Shown here: one piece after another, positions 34,887-47,678 of the stretch
Layout of the letters: every line of letters starts with the position of its first letter
How positions within the stretch are numbered: position 1 is the stretch's first letter
Source of the DNA: Zygnema circumcarinatum SAG 698-1b
Lineage: Eukaryota > Plantae > Zygnematophyceae
Length of the DNA stretch: 64,000 bases
Direction: 5' to 3'
Assembly: GCA_037447605.1 (NCBI GenBank)
Contig: CM074819.1
Location: 1,758,297 to 1,822,296 of the forward strand
Program-made: the position numbers and the translations under genes
Notes under the pieces: generated by a model
Seen by the model: the letters and a program-made list of their open reading frames with translations, nothing else
Databases searched by the model: none
What the model was told of the DNA's origin: nothing

Positions 34887-35669
34887 TAACGGCTAGTACA
34901 GCAAGTACGGCAAGTACGTCTAGTACGGCTAGTACGGTTTTTAGGGTTTCTAGGCTTTTAAGGTTTTAGGGGTACGGATAGTACGAATAGTACGAATAAC
35001 ACAGAGTTACCGTACACAAAGGTGGTTTCGGCAAAATCGGGGCGAATTTCTTGGGGACGCACTGTACAGGGTGGAAAATTTCAAATGCAGTTACGGGCTT
35101 ACGCAAAACGCACCTAATCTCCCCGCTCGTGCCGCCGTAATAGGCGCTCGCTCTTCTCCCCGTCTTCTTGACTTTGATACGATACGATATGGTCGATATG
35201 GTCGATACGATACGAAACTCCCATATACGGTACTATCCGTCCTAAAATACTAGTCCTAAAAACTACGCTTATGCGTCACGATATGCCACGATACGATACG
35301 ATGCTAAATGATACAGTACGATATGGTACGATATGGTACGGTACGATACGTACCGTCCAACATGAACTCTAACATAATACCGCCCGTCTATTCGTAACAC
35401 GAACCTTATATATGCAAAATTAATATTTTCGCCTCATATTGCCCGGAACCAGGGTGGAAAATATGAGGACCCCCTACTGTACAGTATGACTGCTGACAGT
35501 ACAGTACAGTACAGTACAGTACAGTACTGTACTGTTCTGACCGTACATTTGTTGCCAACCATTGGCCGCAGTTCAACCGCGGCACTGCCTTTGCCATTGG
35601 CGTGGCGTGACCTGGCATGACGTCACGTGCCGCCCTTGACCATCCTAAATTGGTATAAAAGTGTTATAA

Positions 35670-36070
35670 GGAAAGTGGCATTGGTCTCACGATGGCGATG
35701 ATGCCATCAAATGTACATGGATAACAACAACATGGGGAACCACGAGGAACTGTTCACAAAGGAATGGAACTGGCATTGATCTCACGAATGTACATGGGCA
35801 ACAACAACATGGGGGACCACGAGGAACTGGCAGAAAGTGGCATTGGTCTCACGATGGCGATGATGCCATCAAATGTACATGGGCAACAACAACATGGGGG
35901 ACCACAAGAAACCAATCGGTCACAAAGGATTGCCATGCCATGAAAGGTACATGAACAACAACAACATGGGGAACCACGAGGATCCATATTCACAAAGGAA
36001 TGGAACTGGCATTGATCTCGAAATAGCGATGATGCCATCAAATGTACATGCACAACAACAACATGGGAAA
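35670..36070 (+). repeat. Degenerate tandem repeat (atgatgccatcaaatgtacatg..aacaacaacatgggg..ccacgagga); related copy on the minus strand near 2510-2570
   Basis: At least 4 partial units visible. Confidence 0.8.
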
Positions 36071-36969
36071 CTACGAAGAACTGGTCGCAAAGGACCTAAG
36101 GACAAAAGAAAAAAGCTTGGAGCGGAAAGTGTTATGCTCCATGTGTTTATGTGACATATTTGCGGGCTGGAAAATAGCAGTTCTTTGATTCGAAAAATCC
36201 ACAAAGAACAGCAGGTTGAACTGCGAACGGTTCGGCGACTCACAGCGTTCCACGTTCAACGTAACTGGACAGAACTGGACATGGAACGCGGTCCTTCATT
36301 TTGCGCTCCTTGTTATGCGGAGGAAAAAGGGATGCGCTTCGGGCATGCGTGACAAAGTGAGATCTTTTCAACGGATCAGATTCGATCCTGAGATCTTTTC
36401 AACGGCTCATGTTCGCCCCGGAGACCTTTTCAACGGCTCCGATTCACCCCTGAAATCCTGCTCACACCGGGATGTGTTTGACGGTTTTTGACATCCAATG
36501 TGGTACGGTCCGGTGCTTTACCTCTCCTTTCGTACGGTACGGCACGTCATTTTGTCACGTCACAAGATACGGCAACAAAGCATTGGATCGCCACGTGTAT
36601 CTCTCCAAGCGCCCGACGTGGCCCGCAGCTGTTACCGTACGGACGAATTTTGGGGTTCCCAGTTACCGGCGGTCACCGCCGGTCGATAGCGGGCGGCAAG
36701 CCAGCCTGGCAGCAATCGCACGTGGCATCGAAATGAAACCTAACGACACGTGACAAATACGTATTGGTCTAATTCCACATAACTGCCATGTAGGCGCCAC
36801 GTTGGCAAAATGGCTCCATGGAACCCCGCCGCCCTCGGTCCAACTGTACTCTTCAACCCTCGGCCCTGTTCGGCGGAGCGGGAGAGGGGGTCGGAGAGAG
36901 GGACAGAGGGAGAGGAGGGGCAGAGGGAGAGGGAGAGGGAGTGGGAGAGGGAGGAGGAGGAGAGGAGCC

Positions 36970-39732
36970 ATGGCCGGCGCTATTTGTCGGCTTGCTGCTG
37001 ACGTGTCATTGGCAGCAATGCCGCAGGTATTTGAGCAGAAAATGACGTCAGCGCGTTTGGCAGCTGGTTTCTGGGATTTTAGGGTTCTGGAGGGTCTTTA
37101 GGGGATGTGGGGTGCGGCCGAAAAATAGGGTTTTGAGGGTTCACAGTTTTTAGGGTTTGTAGGGTTTTTAGGGTTTCGCATGTTGTGGAATGTACAATGA
37201 ATGTTGGGTGTGACATTTTCCAAAATGTGTGAGATTTGGACACCATTTGCGTTTAACAAAATTGGCGCTTAATTTATTATTATTATTTTTTTAAAGTAAC
37301 AATTAAAAAAAAAAATTTAAATAAATGCTTCCCCAATTCTTTCAGTTCAAAAAGTTGACTCTTAAAATTTTAACCCAATCTCTCTGCTTCTCTCTCGCCC
37401 TCCCTCCGCTGACCCCCTCTCTTTCTCTCTCTCTCTCTTCTCTCTCTCGCTCCACTCTCTCTCTTTCTCTCGCTCTCTCCCTCCTCTCTCTCTGTCGTTT
37501 CTTTCTTGCCTTTCCATGTGCGTAACTGAACAGGTCAGTTCTAGTAGAGCCGAATACGCAGCTTCCAATGGCCGGCTTCCATGTAACAGTTTAACGGCTT
37601 ATTCACGGACGATGTACTGTACTAGAAATAGAACGCCTTCTCCTGCCTTAGTAGTCTCCTTTCAGAACTCTACTATCTGTCCAGAAAACACCTTCTCCCA
37701 TATTAGAGAGCAGAAGATTCATAGTAGAAATTTCTCCCTCTCATCACCCCTCCCTCCTTCCCTCTGTCGAAATCCAAATGTGAACGTTTGTTTAAAAATT
37801 CGGGCAGCATATGAAAGTGGGAGCTCTTCTAGGAGGGGAGAGAGCGCTTCTCAAGGGGTAGGAGGAGGGAGAGGTGCGGGAGAGGGAGTGGGAGAGAGGA
37901 GGAGAGTGCGACAGGTGTCACAGAGGGCTGAGTCACCTCCTGCCTTTGAAGAAGACATGGTCGGAATTGGAGTTGTAATCGCAATTTTGGGAGCTGCTGG
38001 ATTCGGTAAATTTTGAATAATCCGAGTTTGTATGTTTGTTGGTTCGTTCGACGTTGATTTTTTTTTTTTTTGAATTGTGTTCTGCTTTTTGAAGTGGTTT
38101 GGGAAGTTTTATGTCTTTTCCTGCTCTCTAGAACTTTGGGTTTCTTTTGGGTAATTAAAAGTTAGTTTTTTTTAAGCTTTTGTTGATTAGGTTTTTCTGG
38201 GTTTCTGTCATTTGGGTTTGTTTCGAAGTTCTTATGTTGTTATCAAATTTTCGGTGTCTGTATTTTTGCTAATCCTTTGTTTATTAGCTTTTGCGAGTTT
38301 CTGGTTTTTGGAAATCTTTGGTTTTTGAGGTTTAGTTTTCCCATAGAAAGGTCCTAACCCCCCCCCTCCCTCCCCATCCCCCTAATTTGCTCATTTTAGG
38401 ACTCTTTAAACTTTTCACTCGAGGAGGAGGTTCGTCCGGTCCCTTTGGGCGAGAAGTCGACGAATCGAAACTTTCGACGGAAAAGAAATTAAAACTTTGG
38501 CAGTTTCAGTCCTCATCTCGATTGCGAGAATTTAATACGCAACTAAGGACCCTCCGAAATGTTGATTTTAACGGTACGTGGTTTGAATAGGAATTTCATG
38601 CTCTCTCTTTATTTGTCTCATTCCCTCCCTCTCTCTCTCTCTCCCTTCCTACTTTTCTCGCCCTCTCGCACTTCTCCCTCTTGCATTTGTTTCTCCCTTC
38701 CCTCTCCCCTCGAACCCACCTCTCTCTCCCCTCTCCTGCTCTCTCTCGTCTCACTCTCTCTTTCAGCGTCTCCCCTCCCTTTCTCTCCCACTCTCTTCAC
38801 CCCTTCTCCCTTCCTGGTCTCTCGTTCCATTCACTCCGCTTCCCTCATCTCCCACTTCCCCTGTTTTCCTCCCTGTCCCTATTCCTCTCCCTCTCCCTAT
38901 CCCTCTCCCTCTCTCTCTCCCTATCCCTCTCCCTCTCCCTCTACCTCCCCCTCTCCTTCTCCTTCTCCCTCTCCCTCTCCCACTCCCTCTCCCTCTCCCT
39001 CTCCCACTCCCTCTCCCTCTTCCTCTCCCTGTCCCTCTCCTTCTCCTTCTCCCTCTCCCTCTCCCACTCCCTCCCCCTCTCCCTCTCCCACTCCCTCTCC
39101 CTCTCCCTCTCCCACTCCCCCTCCCNNNNNNNNNNCCCTCTCCCTCTCCCTCTCCCACTCTCTCTCCCTCTCCCTCTCCCTCTCCCCCCCCCCCCACCGT
39201 CTGCCGACACAGAAGAGCCGCAGCCACTCGCCCAGCTTCTCCCCATCCCTCTCTCCCTCCGTTTCCCTCCTGCCCCTCCCTCGAATTCTCCATTTGCTTC
39301 ATTTGTCGCATCCTCTCTCTCTCTCTCCCCCCAACTCTTCCACCCCCCACTCACACCCTCCCTCTCTCCCTCCCTCCCTCCCTCCCAACGATGAACCTGT
39401 TTGGGTACTTTTCCTGCCTCTCTTCCCTTTTATCCTTCTTGCCCTTTGAATGTGCTGAAAGTTTGATTTCCTCTACCTTTCAGATTTCACGATAGCCTTT
39501 CTGTTTCATACCTTCATACCATTACAACTTCCAGATTTTTTTTTTTCCTTTTTTTTTTGCAATGTTATGCAGGCAAAAACTTGGGCGATGAAGGATTTAA
39601 GTATTTGGCAGAAAGTTTGGCCTTCAATCAGGTACTTGAGATTCCTATGCTCCTAAAGGGAAAAAAAAAAAATTTCACAAAAAAAAAGGGAACCTGGAAT
39701 CAGGATAGTAAGCCAATGCGATATGTACTTCC

Positions 39733-39783
<51 letters not shown>

Positions 39784-39940
39784 CCCTTTTCTACAATGCT
39801 CCTTTTCCCCCTCTTTCTCTTCTTTTATATGTCTCTCTCCTCTTTCACCCTCTCCCACTCCCTCTCTCGGTTTCTCTCCCCACTCACTGTCACTCTCTTT
39901 TTCTCTCTCTCTCTGGCTTCTTGTCTCCCTTGCACCTCCT

Positions 39941-39977
<37 letters not shown>

Positions 39978-41939
39978 TCTCCCGCAACATAATTCCACAC
40001 CTCTATGCCCATCTCTCCACATTTTCCACACATTTTTCCCGTCAACTCACACAATCACATGCCTCGATTGCCTAAACTTTTAACTTCTTCGTTAATCTAG
40101 TTTTAATCTGATTTAATTTCATTCCTTTATTTAGTTCTGGTGGCTTTTTTGGTTTTTTTTAGAATGCAGAATCTTGCGATTTTTCCTCCAATGGGATTGG
40201 AGCAGAGGGGATTCGATCCCTCACCCTCCCTCTCTCTAACAACAATTTTCTCAAAACTTTGAACATTTCCGGAAATACCATGGGGGATGAAGGGGCGCAG
40301 GTCAGTGAATCTCTCGCTTTTTCTCTCTCCCTCTCTTTCGCTCTCTCTCTCTTTCTCCGTCCCTCTCTGTCGTCCTTTGTCGCTTTCTCTTTCTCTCGCT
40401 CCCTCTTCCTTTCTGTCGCTCTTTCTCGCTTTCTCACTCTCTCTCCTTCTCTGTCGCTCTTTCTCTCCTTCTCTCTCTCTTCCTCTCTGTCACTCCCTCT
40501 CTTTCTCTCTCTCTCTCGTTCCGTTTCTCTCTTCGTTTTCTCTTGTTGAGTCGTTTTGCTTTGCTCGTTTTTTGCTCTTTCACACCACGGGTCTCGTTCT
40601 CAGTCTCTTTCTCTCTCTCGCTCTCTCTCCCTCTCTCTCTCTGGTGTGCGCTTTCCCACTCTCCCTTCACATCCCAATAGTGCCCAGAAACCCTTAACCT
40701 CTGAATTACATATTGTTGCAAACCCTAAAATGTGAAAGCCCTAAAATTCTAAAGGCTCATATCACCCTGAAACTTTGAACCATGTAAATCTGAAGGCTTA
40801 ATGGGCGTGGGAAAGGAACAGGGAGAGGGAGAGGGAGGGGGAGGGGGAGGGGGAGNNNNNNNNNNGGGAGGGGGAGGGGGAGGGGGAGACAGAGGAAATA
40901 TATCACTATCCTGTATTTTTCATCTCCCGTTTATTCTTTTTCCTTTTTTGGGGTTCATCAGCTATTGGCCGAAATACTAAGAACAAATCGAGGAATTCAG
41001 ACTCTCCAGCTTAACAGCAATAGCATTGGAGATGAGGTAAAATCATACCCCATGTGTGCCCCATATTCTATCAAATCATGCATTTAGGGTAGTGGGTTTC
41101 TTACTTTTACATGGGTATAAATATTTTCATGTTTTTTATTTTTCCCTTTTATAGCGATATTATAGTGTTATATTCGGTGCTTGGGTTCTCACCATTTATG
41201 CTTTCTTTAAACACTACATGCCTTTTAAGGTTTTGAAGATGTTGAGGATTTTGAGGATTTCCACAGGGAGGGAGAAGGAGACGGAGAGAGAAAGGTTGAG
41301 GGAGTGGGAGAGTGAGGGGGAGAGGGAGGAGTGGAGGGTGGTTGGAATGAGGAGAATTGGAAAAGAGAGGTAGAGTGGAGAAGAGGATTGGAGAGCGAGC
41401 GAGAGGGAGAGAGGGGGGAGGAGGGGGGAAGGAGTAAGTAGAGGGAGAGAGAGTGAGAGTGGATGAGAGAGGGAGGGAGTTGGAGTCCTGAAACGCTATT
41501 GCGGAGTGTGCTGCAGGGAGCTAAAGCTTTGGGAGAAATGTTGAAATTTAATGACACTTTGACCACTCTCGAGCTCAACAACAATGTCATTGACTACTCG
41601 GTAAGTCAAATCTCAATAAACTCAACATTAAAACCTCGATAAAGTCAGCAACGTTTGGTAAAGTTCACCTTCTCTTTGCGAACAGAATGTATCGAACAAA
41701 ATTCATGAATACGTCTTTCTCGTTTATTAATTCGTTTATTGTTCATGTTTTGTTTTCCGTTGTGCCCTTATGCAGGGCTGTGCAGCATTGGCGGAAGCCC
41801 TCATTACGAACACAACGCTGCGATCTCTCCATCTCAAGTACGTCTCCTTTCTTCACCCGAAAAAAGGATGAAAAGACTCTGCTAGATAAAATTAAGGTTA
41901 AAGTTAACGGCCCCTAAGGATGTGTCAGCTACCTTTAGA

Positions 41940-41970
<31 letters not shown>

Positions 41971-44900
41971 GGAGAGAGAGTGAGAAAGAGAGAGGAGAAA
42001 GGGAGCGAGAGGAAGTGAAAGACAGAGAGAGAGGGAGAAAGGGAGAGAGCGAGGGAAAGCCGCGAAAGAGAGTGAGTGAGAGGGCAATGCGGAGCAGAGA
42101 GAGAAAGGTGGAGAGAGGGAGAGAGGGAGAGAGGGAGAGGGAGAGAGGGAGAGAGGGAGAGAGGGAGAGAGGGAGAGAGGGAGAGAGNNNNNNNNNNAGA
42201 GAGGGAGAGAGGGAGAGAGGGAGAGAGGGAGAGAGGGAGAGAGGGAGAGAGCGCAGAGAGGTGACGGGGAGGAGGGCGCAGTGGGAACTATGCAGGAGCG
42301 CTCGGAGCCTCCGCTTTGGCGAAGGGCCTGCAAGAGAACAAAACGCTACGGGTACTCTCTTCTCCCTCGCTCTCTCGCCCCCCCTCTCTCTCTCTCTCTC
42401 TCTCTCGCCGTCTTGCACTGTCTGTCACCCCCACTCTCGCCCTATCTCGAATCTCGACGCTCTCTCTCTTCCTGTCCCTTTCTCTCTGCCCCGCGATCTC
42501 TTCCTGTCTCTCTCGATGACCCTCGCCCTCGCCCTCTCCCTCACTCCCTGCCCCCTTTTCTCTCCCTCCCTCTGCCACCGACTCTCTTGCTTACCCTCCT
42601 GCTCCCTGTGGCCCCTCTCTGTCGAACTCTCACTCCGCCTCTCCCCTCCCTCTGCCCCTTTCTGTCACTCTTTTCCCCTCTCACTTCTCCTCCTCCTCCC
42701 TCTCCCTCTGCCCCCTCCCTCATTCCCTCTCCCTCTCCCTCTCTCTGCCCCACTCCCACTCCCACTTCCACTCCCACTCCCACTCCCACTCCCTTGCCTT
42801 CTCCCTCACCCTGCACATGCATGCATGCATGGCATGGTTGACAGATGGGTGGTAGCCCTGAAAGGGGATGGGAGAGGCGAGCTGTAGGAGAGGGGTGATG
42901 TGAGAGGGGAGAATGGTGAAGTTGGAAGGAGAGGGCGGAAGGAGGGAGGGAGAGGGAAGTGGGCATTAATGCGAGAAGGCGGCATGGAAGGGGAAGGAGA
43001 GCAAAAGGGAGAGGCAGAGGGAGGGGTAAGGGAGCGGGGAAGGAGGGAGAGACTGAATGGAACGATGGGCGAGTGTTGTAGAGTGTGGTGGGAGAGGAAG
43101 AGAGGGAGAGAGGGAGATAGAGGGACAGTGGGATTTGATCCTTTATGGGTGCTGTGTCGGTCTTCAGGAGATTCACTTGCAAGGTAACAACATTGGAGAT
43201 GAGGGAGTTAGGGTTTTTGGAGGGGCTCTTCTTACCACTAAAGGTGAGCCTAAACTCATGAGACACACAGAGAGAGAGAGAGTGGGAAAGGGAGAGAGGA
43301 GGGGAGGGGGGAGACGGGAGGGAGAGGGAAGGGGGGAATAGTCCACTCACGCAATGTTGTGCAATAGATTTTAGCACATTGGGTATGCATGTATGGAGGG
43401 AGGGAAGGAGAAGAGCAAGGAGGAAGAGGGAAGGGGGGAGTGGGGAGGGGGGAGGAGAGAGAGGGGAGGAGGGAGGCCGGGGTGGAGAGGGAGAGGTTTG
43501 AGAGGCACAGTTTCAGACAAAGTCATTTTTCTCATTCTCCAAAGCAGACGTTAAGCAGACGTCTCTTCAAGTTGTTCAAAAATTGAGTCAGAAGGAAAAA
43601 AAATGAAAAAGGGAAAAAACTGATCCGCCCTTTCTCTGGGGTTTTACGGAACTTAGCCAAAATCTCGACCCTTGATCTTGGGAATAACGGAATCGGAGCA
43701 AAAGGGGCGTTCCATGTGGGAGAGTATCTGAAAAAGACAAAAGCCCTGCAGTGGTTGAGTCTGTATATGAATGACATTGGAGATAAGGTAAGAATAATCC
43801 TTTTTATTAATCATATATCTTCATCATACAGAAAAAAAAATCACGTTTTTCTTGTGGTATTTGGATGAATTGCAAATGAAATTCGAATTTCTTCGAGCCG
43901 TTATAGAGCTATAGTTTGTTTCTGAGCGAAATTACTTCAGATATAATGAAGTGATAACAAAAAACAAGCATTTGAATATCGTTGACTCTGTGCAGGGAGC
44001 TGAAAAAATTTCGGAAGCCCTAAAAAAAAATAAGAGCGTGTCGACTATCGATCTGGTGCGAGTCTCCTTTCTTTTCCCATGTTTATGTATATCTAGTATT
44101 TCTTTTCATTCTATTTTTGCGTGAGTAATTTAATTTGTGAATGCGCTTGTAATTTCATGCCTTTTGAAATGTGACCACCAGAAAGCAGCTTTTTGTCAAA
44201 ACCAAAAACCAAAAACCAAAAACCAAAAACCGCGGGTTTTCTGAGGCTGAAATCGGCCTATTGCAAGACAAATACTTTGGGAGGAATAATTTTTTAATCT
44301 TTTTAATGCCCACCTGATGGGGTGCAAATGGGGTATAAGGGAATGATGCGCAGGGCGGCAACAACATAACAACCGCAGGCATTGAACACATTTGCACCGC
44401 TATAAAGGAGAATAGTACAATAACAACGGTAAGAGATAGAGACACATCCCACCTTCCCCTCTCTCTCCCACTCCCTCCTCCCTCGTCCCCCCTCCCTCTC
44501 CCCATCTTGCCTGCCCTCCCTCAGCCCTCTCTTTCCCTTCCCACTCCTTCCTTCTCCCTCCCTTCCGTCACTCCACTCTCTTCCTCCCATCTCGGTCTCC
44601 GTTTCTGTCACCCTCTCCATCTCCCCTCCCTCTCTTTCTTCCAAGAACTCCTCCCTCCCTCCCTCCCACCTCCCTCACTTTCCTGCTTCTCGTCCTCGCC
44701 CCCCCTCTCACTCTCACTCTTCCCTCCCCCTCTGCACTCCCTCCCACTCTCTCCCTCCTCCCTCCCTCTCTCCCTCCTCCCTCCCTCTCTCCCTCCTCCC
44801 TCCCTCTCTCTCTCCGTTCCTCCCTCCTCCCTCCCTCCTCCCTCCCTCCCTCCCTCCTCCCTCCCTCCCTCCTCCCTCCTCCCTCCCCTCCCCCTCCCTC

Positions 44901-46658
44901 CCCTCCCTCCCTCCTCCCTCCTCCCTCCCTCCCTCCTCCCTCCCCTCGCTCCCTCCCTCCCTCCCCTCCCTCACTCCCTCCCTCCCTCCCCTCCCTCCCC
45001 TCCCTCCCCTCCCTCCCTCCCTCCTCCTCCCTCCTCCCTCCCTCCCTCCCTCCCTCCCCTCCCTCCCTCCCTCCCCTCCTTCCCTCCCTCCCTCCCTCCC
45101 TCCCTCCCTCCCTCCCTCCCTCCCTCCCTCCCTCCCTCCCTCCCTCCCTCCCTCCCTCCTGTCCCCTCCCTCCCTCCCTCCCTCCCTCCCCTCCTCACCC
45201 TCCCTCCCTCCCTCCTTCTCCTCCCTCCCTCCCTCCCTCCCTCCCTCCTCCCTCCTCCGCTCCCTCCCTCCCTCCCTCCAGTCCCTCCCTCTCCCTCCCT
45301 CCCCTCCCTCCCTCCTCCCTCCCTCCCTCCCTCCCTCCCTCCCTCCTCCCTCCCTCCCCTCCCTCCCTCCCTCCCTCCCCTCCCCTCCCTCCCTCCCCTC
45401 CCTCCCCTCCCTCCTCTCCCTCCTCCCTCCCTCCCCTCCCTCCCTCCCTCCCCTCGCTCCCCTCCCTCCCCTCCCTCCCCTCCCTTCCTCCTCCACTCTC
45501 TCCCTCCTGTCCCCTCCCTCCCTCCCTCCTCTCCCTCCCTCCCTCCCTCCCTCCCTCCTCCTCCCTCCCCTCGCTCTCTCCCTCCTAATCCCTCCTGTCC
45601 CTCCCTCCCTCCCTCCCTCCCTCCCTCCCCTCCCTCCCTCCCTCCCCTCCCTCCCCTCCCTCCCATCCCTCCTGTCCCTCCTTCCCTCCCTCTGTCCCCC
45701 TCCTTCCTCCCTCCCTCCCTCCCTCCCCTCCGCTCCCCCTCCCTCCCTCCCCTCCCTCCCTCCCTCCCTCCTCCTCCTCCCCTCCTCCCTCCCTCCCTCC
45801 CCTCCCCTCCTCCCTCCCTCCCTCCTCCCTCCCTCCCTCCCTCCCCTCCCTCCCTCCCTCCCTCCCTCTCCCCCTCCCTCCCTCCTTCCCTCCCTCCCTC
45901 CCTCCCTCCCCTCCGCTCCCTCCCTCCCTCCCTCCCTCCCCTCCCTCCCTCCCTCCCTCCTCCCTCCCTCCCTCCCCTCCCTGTCTCTCACTCTCTCCCT
46001 CCCCTCTCCACAGCTCAAGCTCGGGTGCGATCTTCTCGGCCGGAAGTTCCAAGGCTTTAAGCGACGCCATCAAGTTTTCTGGAAACATCGAAACTCTCCG
46101 CCTCGGATGGTGCAAGGTCCGGGCAGACAAAAAAAAACCTTTCTCCCTCTTCATCTCTCTCTCTCTGTCTCCCTCCCTTACCTCTTTTTTTCCCCTCTTT
46201 TTTTTTTTTGCCTGCCCGGAAAATTCAGATAGGAGTAAAAGGAGCGCAACATTTTGCCGACGCTCTGCGGTACAACTCCACTGTCTCGACTTTAGACCTG
46301 CGAGCTAACAGCCTCGGAGATGAGGTACACACTTCAAAAAAAAAAAAAAAAAAAATCAAGCGCTTCTAGAGCTCATTTTAAAACTATGGGTCTTTTGCTT
46401 TTAGGGTTAAGAAGTCTTCCTCTCTCTCGTCCTCTCTTGTATTCTCATTCTCCCTCTCTTGTTCTCTCTCCCACTCTCTCCCCCTCACTTTCTCTGTCTC
46501 TCTCTTTCTTTCTCTCACTCAGCCTCTCTCTTTCTCTTTTCTGTCTGTCTCTCGTTCACTCTTGCTCTCTCACCCTCCCTAACTCTCGTTCTCTCTCTCG
46601 CCCACTCTTTCTATCTCTCTCTCTCTCTCTCTTTTTTTCTCTCTCTCTCTCTCTCTCG

Positions 46659-46701
<43 letters not shown>

Positions 46702-46711
46702 NNNNNNNNNN

Positions 46712-46742
<31 letters not shown>

Positions 46743-47678
46743 CTCTCTCTCTCTCTGTCTCTCTCTCTCTCTCTCTTTCTGTCTCTGACTCTCACTCCTC
46801 CTCACTCTCTCTCTGTTTGTTTACTTTGGGTGTGCGGTATCAGGGAGCCGCTGCTTTAGCCAGCAGCCTCCGAGTTGTGAACGAACAATTAACAACTTTG
46901 GACCTCGGATTTAATGAAATCCGGGTAAGGGGACAGAAATGAAACAGAAATCTCTAAACTTCAAACACTCCGATAAACTCGTCTATCTATTTTACGAACC
47001 CTTTTTTTTTGTTATGAAAGAATATGAATGAGTTGTTGTGACGAAGATTTCATTGATAGCCCAAATTTCTCCGCACGTTGTCGAGGGTTTTTTTGGGTAT
47101 TCCGATTCAAAATGAACTGGAACTTCCAGTTCTCTGAAAAAATCCCGTTTCGATTTTGCCACCCTCCTCTCTCTCTCTCTCTCACTCTCTCGCTCTCTCT
47201 CTCCCTCTCCTCTCCTTTCCACCCTCTCTCGCTGTCGTCCTCTCTCACTACATCTCCTCTCCCTCGCCCGCCCACTCTCTCCCTGCCCTAATTTTCCAGG
47301 ACAAAGGAGCGTTCGCACTGGCGGAGGCGCTGAAGGCCAATGGGGAGGCGGCGGTCACTACCCTCAACTTGACCAGCAACTACCTCACCAAATATGGGGA
47401 GGTCAGTGCCCTCCCCCTCCCTCCCTCCCTCCCNNNNNNNNNNTCAGCAGCATTTTCATGTGTCCGTAATTTTACCGTATTCCGTGTTTCCCTGCTCCAG
47501 ATTTCTCGTAGTTATCAGTTAGACAAAAAAACTAGACCCTCCATGCAACCTTTTTATTTTGATCGATTTTTCTTTTTTTGCGTTGTTTTCATGTTTGTTC
47601 GGGCAGGTCGCGCTGAGCGAGGCGAAAGATATCGTGAGTGAAATGAACGACGGAAAGGAAGTCAATATTTTGTACTGA
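36970..47678 (+). CDS. EMB2004: Plastid-type RNI-like leucine-rich-repeat protein (EMB2004/At1g10510-like), about 18 exons
   Basis: Exons 36970-37026, 37534-38005, 38400-38573, 39573-39631, 40163-40300, 40962-41036, 41517-41600, 41776-41837, 42282-42351, 43168-43243, 43657-43787, 43996-44055, 44354-44428, 46014-46116, 46229-46324, 46844-46924, 47300-47401, 47607-47678; encodes [92 protein letters not shown], ending VNILY*, as recalled for the plant orthologue; first exon tentative. Confidence 0.9.
44640..46005 (+). repeat. About 1.4-kb (CCCT)n-type polypyrimidine tract filling an intron
   Basis: Directly visible. Confidence 0.95.

Larger units (their letters stand above)
10786..35479. mobile_element. 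Outer TA-flanked MITE-family element (CAGT-type TIR, Tc1/mariner-like), interrupted by the Helentron and by a second copy of its own family
   Basis: Left end TA|CAGT..gtcctcatattttcgccatggttttggcaaatatgaggcgaaaatattga stops at about 10845 and resumes at about 32296 (tttgcaaatagaaggttcgtgttacc); right end gaggaccccctactg|TA at 35479. Confidence 0.7.
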
